Positions 25,890-32,784 of a DNA stretch of 36,310 nt are shown here, one piece after another; position 1 is the first letter of the stretch, and each line of letters opens with the position of its first letter. A program made the translations under genes and the position numbers. The stretch lies in the IMG/VR virus record IMGVR_UViG_3300012940_000058, positions 1 through 36,310 of that record, one strand, 5' to 3'. The stretch comes from a virus (lineage: Duplodnaviria; Caudoviricetes). Below the pieces are notes generated by a model that saw nothing but the letters and a program-made list of their open reading frames with translations, ran no database searches and had not been told where the DNA came from.

Positions 25890-26323
25890 TCGGCCTTTCG
25901 ATCTGGTCTGGATCGCTCAATCACCTGGAGCACCTCCTCGGTGGAGCGCTTGAGCGCGTGAGCAATCGCGATCGCTCGCGGTGCCGCCGGCACCTTTGAC
26001 CCCGAGGAATAGCCATACATGGTGCTCAGATTGATCCCCGCCGCCTCCGCGAGCTCCTGCATCGAGGAGCCGGCGGCCGCAACGTGCTGGCGCAGCCACA
26101 CGCCGAACTCGGAGGTGGTCGGCTTGCGCGGTCTTCGCGCGCGAAGGAGCTCACGAGGACGATCGACGGGTTTCGGCTTTGGCTCTTCGGCGCGCCACAC
26201 GTGCTCTGTAGGCTCGGTCTTGCCCGTCACCTGCAGGCGGACGCGCGCGATCGCGGCCCGCGCTCCGTCCGACCCCGCCGGCCAGCCGCCCGGTGGCATG
26301 GGGATATGTCGGCCCTTGCTCAC
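25886..26323 (-). CDS. XRE-family HTH DNA-binding protein
   Basis: FGVWLRQ...SMQELAEAAGINLSTMYGYSSGSKVP...IAHAL. Confidence 0.8.
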   Translation of the reverse strand: MSKGRHIPMPPGGWPAGSDGARAAIARVRLQVTGKTEPTEHVWRAEEPKPKPVDRPRELLRARRPRKPTTSEFGVWLRQHVAAAGSSMQELAEAAGINLSTMYGYSSGSKVPAAPRAIAIAHALKRSTEEVLQVIERSRPDRKAE

Positions 26324-26325
26324 GG

Positions 26326-26556
26326 TTAGCTCCCTCCACCCTTTCGCACCTGCTCCCGGAGGAATGTGCTCGTGAACTCCATCGCCTCGTCGTGAGTGAA
26401 TCCCTCCGCCACCAATCCCTTGTAGAAGGCGCGAAGGAAAGCGGCGAGAGGACCAACACTTACGAGCATCTGATCAACAAGCGCTCGTGACTTGAGTTGC
26501 TCTTGACGCAGGAGCTCGCCGATCGTATTCGGTACTTGCTGATCATCGTTATTCAT
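26326..26556 (-). CDS. Hypothetical protein
   Basis: FYKGLVAEGFTHDEAMEF motif; SD GGAGAGG before ATG 26556 (alternative GTG 26562). Confidence 0.65.
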   Translation of the reverse strand: MNNDDQQVPNTIGELLRQEQLKSRALVDQMLVSVGPLAAFLRAFYKGLVAEGFTHDEAMEFTSTFLREQVRKGGGS

Positions 26557-26604
26557 GCTCACACCTCTCCGGGAACTGCTTTACATCAAACTCTGCCATC
26601 GAAG

Positions 26605-26760
26605 TTATTTCCCCCTTCGGCCGTTCCACAGGTGCCAGATATGCACGCCCACCCAGACCCCCGCGATGCTCGCTACGATGACCTTGTCGTTGTAGAGCGC
26701 ACCGATCGCCAGGATCAGCCACATCGCGATGGCGATGACGTGCACCTCGACGCTCGACAT
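26605..26760 (-). CDS. Small two-TM membrane protein (51 aa)
   Basis: Not in the ORF track; MSSVEVHVIAIAMWLILAIGALYNDKVIVASIAGVWVGVHIWHLWNGRRGK; TGATG-coupled to the J-domain gene. Confidence 0.6.
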   Translation of the reverse strand: MSSVEVHVIAIAMWLILAIGALYNDKVIVASIAGVWVGVHIWHLWNGRRGK

Positions 26761-27377
26761 CACCGAATCTCCCTGAGTGCCTGGTCATATGCCTCGGCCA
26801 ACGCGCGGAACGCCTCGGGATCGCCGCCGACGTCGGGATGGAGCTGCTGCGCCCTGAGACGGTACGCGACCTCGACGAGCTTGCGGGGAGACTCCCGAGC
26901 CACTCCCAGCACTTCCCACCACGGCTCGGCCGGCGGAGGCGTCACGATCACCCCGGCCGCCGGCATACCTCCCCCCGCGGGGAGCGCGGCGAAGCCGGAG
27001 AACGCCGCCTCGACGACCTGATGCGTGCCCCAGCGATCGAGCCCACGCAGCGCAGCGACGGTGAGCTCGATCGCGTGCAGATTCTCCGCCGGCGTCCACC
27101 ACCGATCGCACGGGATGCACCGCTCTGCCCCGTCGAGTGTGAAGTAGACAGCGACGCCGGCGTCATCGATCGGTGGCTGACGAGAGAGGACGTAGCCGAG
27201 CGCGCCCACCGCGAGGTTGGTCGAGATCACAACATCCTCGGCGCCGAGTTTGCTCAACTCGCGGATCAGCCCATCCCGAGCTCGAGCGAACGACGTCGAG
27301 AACGCCGAGCGGCGCGGATGCTGCTCTCGGGCGAACCGCATGGGCCAGTGCAGCGGAGAGCTATAGGTCACGTCCAT
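26760..27377 (-). CDS. Phage J-domain (DnaJ-like) protein
   Basis: C-terminal WWEVLGV...AYR..AQQLHPDVGG with the HPD motif; N-terminal PLHWP, DAGVAVYF and IPCDRW. Start ATG 27377 with SD AAGGAGG. Confidence 0.9.
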   Translation of the reverse strand: MDVTYSSPLHWPMRFAREQHPRRSAFSTSFARARDGLIRELSKLGAEDVVISTNLAVGALGYVLSRQPPIDDAGVAVYFTLDGAERCIPCDRWWTPAENLHAIELTVAALRGLDRWGTHQVVEAAFSGFAALPAGGGMPAAGVIVTPPPAEPWWEVLGVARESPRKLVEVAYRLRAQQLHPDVGGDPEAFRALAEAYDQALREIR

Positions 27378-27588
27378 CGTTGGCCTCCTTTGCCTTGATC
27401 TCACGGACAATCGCGAGGGCCTCTTCCTCGCCCCAGCCCGAGACGACGAAGTGCGCGAGATCCCACACCGTGTCGCGATCCCATCCGGCGCGCTCGCACA
27501 GGTCGCAGGCCCAAATGCGCGTCAGTGGGAAGTTGATCAGCAGGTCGTTGACCAGCGCCTCGCGCGTAGCCTCGGTGTCATTGGCCAT
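27361..27588 (-). CDS. Hypothetical protein
   Basis: 75 aa, SD GGAGG, overlaps both neighbours. Confidence 0.6.
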   Translation of the reverse strand: MANDTEATREALVNDLLINFPLTRIWACDLCERAGWDRDTVWDLAHFVVSGWGEEEALAIVREIKAKEANDGRDL

Positions 27589-28606
27589 CGCGTGCCTCCG
27601 GCGTCTCGGGCACGTAATGCTCGAGGCCTCGCTTGACGGTCGGGATTCGCGAGATCCGGTCCACGAGCCGCTCGAGATCGCTCAGACGAGATCCGTATCG
27701 TGCGAGCTCGCCAGCGGTAGACCGGTTGAGCATCTGTTGCCCCTCCGTCGCGCCGTTGACCACACCTTGGAGATGAGCGAGATCGGAGCGGATCGCGGCG
27801 ATCGACCAGTGGTCGGCGCTCGCCGGGTTATCCGCCGCCTCGCGCTGCTCGTCGAGCCAGACGTCCGACGGCTTACCATCCGTCAGGTCCGGCGCGATCC
27901 CGACGAGGTCGGAGATGCTCGGCACATGCTGATACGTTCCGTCCGGCTGGCGCTCCCACCGGCGATCCCGGTTGCGTGTGAACTTGTTGAGCGTGGCGGC
28001 GTGCAGATCTACACCCGTGCGCTCGGCGAGCTGCACGAGGACGAACAGCACATCGGCAAGCTCATCCCGAACCTCGTCGGAGTTCATCGCCAAGTCGCTC
28101 CACGGCAGAGCGAGGAGCTCATCGACCTCGTGCCGGAGCTTTTTCACCGTGGCGGTGATCGGCTGGTCGCCGAACGTTGCGATCGCCCAGGCGGTGATGT
28201 CTCGTTGGAGCGCGAGCAAGCTATCGGGTTGCTGGATCTTGGCGAGACGTGCGTACTTCTCCTCGGTAGAGTGTCCGTCCCACGCTGGACTACCCTCGGG
28301 GATCCCGGCAAACAACGCAGTCACCTCGTGATCGGGTACATGCCATGACATCTGACCGGTGCCCGCGTCCACGAACACGACTGTCTGCCAGCCCTCCTCG
28401 GCCCCCGAATCCTGATTGGTCCAGGACGGATAGATCCGTGCCAGCGCGGCCACGAGCTGATCGCGCTCCCGATATGCGCCATTGAGCTGCTCGCGGAGCG
28501 GTCCCACGATCTCCTGCTCGAGCGCGTCGATGTTCGCCTCCGATGCCCGATACGTTCTCGCGCCGACCAAGTGGCGCTCAGTCATCAGCTCCCGGAATGT
28601 CGTCAT
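27578..28606 (-). CDS. MazG-like nucleotide pyrophosphohydrolase with N-terminal WDGH-motif domain
   Basis: LQRDITAWAIATFG...KLRHEVDEL...DELADV...KFTRNRDRRW (MazG-like acidic motifs); N-terminal GQMSWHV...WDGHSTEEKYARL. Confidence 0.75.
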   Translation of the reverse strand: MTTFRELMTERHLVGARTYRASEANIDALEQEIVGPLREQLNGAYRERDQLVAALARIYPSWTNQDSGAEEGWQTVVFVDAGTGQMSWHVPDHEVTALFAGIPEGSPAWDGHSTEEKYARLAKIQQPDSLLALQRDITAWAIATFGDQPITATVKKLRHEVDELLALPWSDLAMNSDEVRDELADVLFVLVQLAERTGVDLHAATLNKFTRNRDRRWERQPDGTYQHVPSISDLVGIAPDLTDGKPSDVWLDEQREAADNPASADHWSIAAIRSDLAHLQGVVNGATEGQQMLNRSTAGELARYGSRLSDLERLVDRISRIPTVKRGLEHYVPETPEARDGQ

Positions 28607-28725
28607 GCGTCATCGCCTCCGTTGACCGCGCTGTAGATCCCCAGCACCCAAATCCCGATCCCCACCAGCGCGACGCCGGCCGCGAGCGCGCCGATCACCA
28701 CCCCCACCACAAGCCACGTCCACAT
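28603..28725 (-). CDS. Small hydrophobic membrane peptide (40 aa)
   Basis: Not in the ORF track; MWTWLVVGVVIGALAAGVALVGIGIWVLGIYSAVNGGDDA; SD GGAGGTG; TGATG and ATGA overlaps with neighbours. Confidence 0.65.
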   Translation of the reverse strand: MWTWLVVGVVIGALAAGVALVGIGIWVLGIYSAVNGGDDA

Positions 28726-29090
28726 CACTGCACCTCCCACTCGCCGAGGAATCGCTCGATCGCATCGAGATCCCCTATCTCCTGGTCGTAGAGGTCCGGA
28801 GTCATCGGCCCCTTTTCGAGCATGCGATCCCAGCGATCGCGGCGGAACTGGATGGTCTGGCGCATGCGATCGAGGATCTGCCCGGCCATCAGTTCCGTCG
28901 CGTGCCGAATCAGCCGGCGATCGCGATCCGCCTCGGCCGAGGTTCGATAGCGCTCCATGCTCGTGCGGCGCTCGGCTCGCTCGCGACGCGCCTCGCCCTT
29001 GACGCCCGGAGGCATCAGCTCCGTCTCGGTGCGGATGACGGCCTCCTCGACGATGTCCCTACGCATCTGCGCGGTGATCAGCATCGTCAT
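28725..29090 (-). CDS. Hypothetical protein
   Basis: Start re-called at ATG 29090 (ATGA overlap), 121 aa. Confidence 0.6.
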   Translation of the reverse strand: MTMLITAQMRRDIVEEAVIRTETELMPPGVKGEARRERAERRTSMERYRTSAEADRDRRLIRHATELMAGQILDRMRQTIQFRRDRWDRMLEKGPMTPDLYDQEIGDLDAIERFLGEWEVQ

Positions 29091-29587
29091 CCCCGATCCC
29101 CTCCCGATATGCGCGATATGGCCGACTTGATGCACGAGACGCCCTCCGACATGCGCGAGACGGTGTCGAACTGCCCGATCAGGCTCTCCTCGCGGATCTT
29201 CGCCTCCGCTTGGCGGCGCGCCACGCCCGACGGCTCCGTCGCTGCAAGCTCGCGCAGTTCGTCGTCGGTATGGATCGAGAGCAGATACAGCAACGTGTCG
29301 CCATGGCATCCGTTTGTCGGCGGATGCGTGATCTCACCGTCGTGCCGACACCAGCAGGCGAGTGGTTTGCCGCGCAGCTCGGGCAGCTCGGCGAGCAGCG
29401 GACGGCGCTCCCCGATCAGAAGATCCTCCGTGTACTTGAGCACCACCTGGCCCCGCGTGCCGTCCCGCCCGATCTTGTACGGGTTGGCCCACTTGCTCGC
29501 CGGCAATCCCTGGCGAGGCATCGCGCGGCCGATGTACACCGCACCGCGGACGTGGTCGTTGACGTGCACCACACGCGTCTCTGTCAT
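29087..29587 (-). CDS. DUF4326-like protein
   Basis: VYIGR...SKWANPY...ELRGKPLACWC...CHGDTL signature; start ATG 29587 with SD AAGGAG. Confidence 0.85.
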   Translation of the reverse strand: MTETRVVHVNDHVRGAVYIGRAMPRQGLPASKWANPYKIGRDGTRGQVVLKYTEDLLIGERRPLLAELPELRGKPLACWCRHDGEITHPPTNGCHGDTLLYLLSIHTDDELRELAATEPSGVARRQAEAKIREESLIGQFDTVSRMSEGVSCIKSAISRISGGDRG

Positions 29588-29853
29588 GCAGTCTCTCCTT
29601 CCTTGAGGCGGTCCCACATCGCCTTGTTGCCGTGATAGGTCGACGTGTACTCAAGCTGCATGAGGCCGCGCGACTGATCGCATATCGGACAATGGATCGT
29701 CACGCTCAACCCGTCGCGCTGATCGTCAGACCATGAGGTGACGAGGTCTACGTCCTCCTCGCCGATCTGGAAGACGGAATTGCAATGCGGGCAGAGATAG
29801 CGTCCGATCCACGGGAACGCCTTCGGTTTGATGCCTTGGTGCAGGATCCTCAT
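29584..29853 (-). CDS. Zinc-ribbon protein
   Basis: CPHC...CPIC. Confidence 0.65.
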   Translation of the reverse strand: MRILHQGIKPKAFPWIGRYLCPHCNSVFQIGEEDVDLVTSWSDDQRDGLSVTIHCPICDQSRGLMQLEYTSTYHGNKAMWDRLKEGETA

Positions 29854-30185
29854 CGCGCGTCCTCGCTTTCGATCGCGGCTAGCAGCTCGGCGAGGGTGTC
29901 CGCATCCGCAACCAACCGATCATTCTTGAATAGTCGGTACTCGTCCTCCCACCCCGGAAGATCAAGCTCTTGATACTCACGAAGCGCTGCATCCACCTCC
30001 GCCAGCACCTTCGCGCGCGCATCCTTCCGGATCTCGTCTTCGAGGCCAGCGTCGAGGGCGGCGGCAAGGGCGCGCTTCATGTATGGCACTTGGTTGTTGC
30101 GAAAAACCGCGTTGGGGAAGAGGTCTTTCCAGTAACCATGTACCGCAGCATCCAGCGCCTCGTCCGGGATCGTGATGGTGGTCAT
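29850..30185 (-). CDS. Hypothetical protein, paralogue 3 of the MTTI family
   Basis: MTTITIPDEALDAA...ALAAALDAGL...TLAELLA; SD AAGGAG. Confidence 0.7.
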   Translation of the reverse strand: MTTITIPDEALDAAVHGYWKDLFPNAVFRNNQVPYMKRALAAALDAGLEDEIRKDARAKVLAEVDAALREYQELDLPGWEDEYRLFKNDRLVADADTLAELLAAIESEDAR

Positions 30186-30481
30186 TCGAGGTCTCCTTTT
30201 TCAAGCGGGAGGTACTCCGTATCAGCCTCGATCGCCGCATCGCTCCGAATGTCTCCGTCTCCAACGATTTCATCGAGAGTCCGCACGGCATCCTGCAATC
30301 GCTTGATCTTCCAAACCGTTTTGGCGCTTTCGCTTTCGCGGATCTCTCTTTCGAGCCCCGCATGAAGCGCGGCGGCAATCATTCCGCGAATCTCGGAGTC
30401 CAGGACGGTCGGCAGGTGTGACCGTCGCATCTGCGCTCTCGTGGCCTCGACCACGGCGTCGGAGATCGTGATCGTGGTCAT
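30182..30481 (-). CDS. Hypothetical protein, paralogue 2 of the MTTI family
   Basis: MTTITISDAVVEA...IAAALHAGLEREIR. Confidence 0.7.
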   Translation of the reverse strand: MTTITISDAVVEATRAQMRRSHLPTVLDSEIRGMIAAALHAGLEREIRESESAKTVWKIKRLQDAVRTLDEIVGDGDIRSDAAIEADTEYLPLEKGDLE

Positions 30482-30867
30482 GTCTCGTCATCTCCAATCT
30501 CGACCTCAGCGATCAACTCGCTCGCACCCTCGTCGAGATCCTCGTCGTCGTAGACCTCTGGCTGGTCTGCCAGTAACGCAGCGAGTGTCGGATACCACCG
30601 GTCCTCGTCATCCTCCGTGACCCATCCGCCACGCCGGCGGTCGAAGTAGATCTCCTCAGCCAACGAGTCGCGGACGGTCCGCTCGATCTCAGCAAGGTGG
30701 TCCGCATGGATCACCTCGGTCAGTCCGGCTCCGAGGGCGGCCGAGATGGCCGCCTCGATCGCCACGATCTGCGCCGGCCGTGTGTCGCTCGCATCCGCGC
30801 TGTGCACGAGCGTCGCGATCATTGCCCGACGCGCGACGTCGAGGATCTCCTCAGGGATCGTGGTCAT
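30478..30867 (-). CDS. Hypothetical protein, paralogue 1 of the MTTI family
   Basis: MTTIPEEILDVA...ISAALGAGLTEVI...TLAALLA. Confidence 0.7.
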   Translation of the reverse strand: MTTIPEEILDVARRAMIATLVHSADASDTRPAQIVAIEAAISAALGAGLTEVIHADHLAEIERTVRDSLAEEIYFDRRRGGWVTEDDEDRWYPTLAALLADQPEVYDDEDLDEGASELIAEVEIGDDET

Positions 30868-31295
30868 TTCGCTCCACTCCTATCCTGGTACTTGAGCAAA
30901 TCCCACACCTTGGGGTCGTACGCCTCGATCGTCAGCAACCCCATCGCGCCCTGACGCGGTCGATCGACGTTCCCCCTGAGGATGTGCTGCACCGTGTCGT
31001 AGTCTTCCGGCTTGACGATGTAGGCGTGCTCACCAGCCGTCTGCAGCTCCTCGATCCAATCGATCTGCTTGAGCGACGGCCTGCCCGTCCGCCCCTTGGT
31101 CTCGAGCCACAGCACGCCGAACCTCGGAGAGACGAGCGTCAGATCCGGATACCCCTTGTCGGAGCCGCGTGCGTCGTACGTGTGATAGACCCGAGTCCAG
31201 CCCAGCAGCGCAGCCATGCTGCGGATCTGCTGCTCCCACTGCGCCTCGGTGAGGTTGCGCTGCAGTGATCCCGCCGCGATCCACGGCGTGCTCAC
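30864..31295 (-). CDS. VRR-NUC domain nuclease
   Basis: TEAQWEQQI...GYPDL...WLETK...GRPSLKQIDW PD-(D/E)xK pattern; start re-called at GTG 31295 (GTGA overlap). Confidence 0.85.
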   Translation of the reverse strand: MSTPWIAAGSLQRNLTEAQWEQQIRSMAALLGWTRVYHTYDARGSDKGYPDLTLVSPRFGVLWLETKGRTGRPSLKQIDWIEELQTAGEHAYIVKPEDYDTVQHILRGNVDRPRQGAMGLLTIEAYDPKVWDLLKYQDRSGAK

Positions 31296-31618
31296 AGGAG
31301 ATCCCCCTGCTGCGGCTCGGTCTCCTCGATCGCGGACGCGAACGCCACGGCCAGCGCGACCGCCGGCGCCGAGTCGGTCGCGTCCCACGTCTGATCGAGC
31401 GACGTGATCGAGGCGCGGATCTCGAGCGCCTTCTTCTCCTCGGTGTACGGATCGTGCTCCGGGACGATCAGCATCACGCCGAACCCTCGCTTGACCGCCT
31501 GCTCGACGAGCGCCTCCACTTTCGGAGAGGGAGGATTCGGGAAGCTCGGCGGCTTGAGGATCCCGCGACGCTCGAGGATGGCCCGCACATGCTGCGGCAG
31601 AAACGGCTTGTCTCCCAT
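31292..31618 (-). CDS. Hypothetical protein
   Basis: 108 aa, SD GAGGTG, fills the gap between dnaN and VRR-NUC. Confidence 0.65.
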   Translation of the reverse strand: MGDKPFLPQHVRAILERRGILKPPSFPNPPSPKVEALVEQAVKRGFGVMLIVPEHDPYTEEKKALEIRASITSLDQTWDATDSAPAVALAVAFASAIEETEPQQGDLL

Positions 31619-31629
31619 GTCTCACCTCA

Positions 31630-32784
31630 TCACTTTCCCGGCACGATCATCGGCATGATCATGTGCGTGTACGCATCGCTTCCCGCCGGCCGGATCACCC
31701 CGGCCGAGTTCGCTCCGTTGAGCCCGAGCCACACCTGTCCGTGTCGCATGACGGACAGGACCTCGGTCAGGTACTTGCCGTTGAACGCGATCTCGAGCCC
31801 AAGCCCGGTCACGCCGGCGTCCACGTAGCTCTCGCTGTTGCCCCGCTCGGCCGCATTGGCCGAGATCTCGATCGATCCTGGAGTGAGGTCGTCCGGGCCC
31901 GTCCTGATCCCGAGGCGCACGAGGTCGTTGTTCTCGCGGGCGAAGTAGCCGGCGCGCCGCACCGCCTGCAGGAGCGCCTCCCGGCTCACCTCGACGCTCG
32001 TCGCGAACACCTTCGGAATGAGTGGCTTGATCTCCGGGAAGTTGCCGTCGATGATCCGGGACACCCACTCGACGTCGCCGACACGCGCGACGACTTGGCT
32101 CCGGTTCGGCGTGATCGCAAGCGTGATCTCCTCGTCGCGATCACCGAGGATCTTGGCGAGCTCCCGGTACGCCCGCGCCGGCACGATCAGGTCCGAGCGC
32201 TCCGCGACATCCCACCCCAGCGGGCTCTCACTCAGCGACATGCGAAACCCATCCGAGCTCGCCATCGTCAGCGTTTCTCCCTCGAAGCGCGTGAGCACGC
32301 CGGCGAGGATCGGTCGGCTCTCATCCGGCGCGGCGGAGAACTCGGTCAGGCGGAGCGCCTCGAGGAGTCGCTGCGCGTCGATCGTGTAGCTCACCTCCCC
32401 GGCATCGATCCCGGGGATGACCGGGAAGTCCTCGGACGAGATGCCGTTGACCTTGGCCTTGTCACGCCCGCTCCGCACCGTGAGCGAGAACCGCGCCGGA
32501 TCCATGTCCAGATCGAGCGGTCCCGATGGCAAGGTGTTGACGAACTCACCGAGGAGACGCGCATCAACCGTGATGCTCCCCTCGCGCTCGACAACCGCAT
32601 CGATCCACGTCGTGATCGCGAGCTCGAGGTTCGTCGCCGCGATCTTGAGCCGGCCGCTCTCCGTCGCGAGGAGAATGTTGGACAGCACCGGCAGCGCCGT
32701 GCGCGACGCGACTGCATGCCGCGTCAGCCCGAGCGCCGCTCGCAAGTTCCCCGCATCGGGAATGGTTACTCTCAATCCATTCAT
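31630..32784 (-). CDS. dnaN: DNA polymerase III beta sliding clamp (phage-encoded)
   Basis: 384 aa from ATG 32784; LPVLSNILL, ATNLE, EDFP, SRPILAGV, SSDGFRM, LIVP, IDGNFP, IAFNGKYL and MIMPM motifs. Confidence 0.95.
   Translation of the reverse strand: MNGLRVTIPDAGNLRAALGLTRHAVASRTALPVLSNILLATESGRLKIAATNLELAITTWIDAVVEREGSITVDARLLGEFVNTLPSGPLDLDMDPARFSLTVRSGRDKAKVNGISSEDFPVIPGIDAGEVSYTIDAQRLLEALRLTEFSAAPDESRPILAGVLTRFEGETLTMASSDGFRMSLSESPLGWDVAERSDLIVPARAYRELAKILGDRDEEITLAITPNRSQVVARVGDVEWVSRIIDGNFPEIKPLIPKVFATSVEVSREALLQAVRRAGYFARENNDLVRLGIRTGPDDLTPGSIEISANAAERGNSESYVDAGVTGLGLEIAFNGKYLTEVLSVMRHGQVWLGLNGANSAGVIRPAGSDAYTHMIMPMIVPGK

Noticed and set aside
29584-29853. Third zinc-ribbon gene as another Com-like regulator
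   Set aside because: Longer spacing between the CxxC pairs, different flanking residues and no adjacent structured leader.
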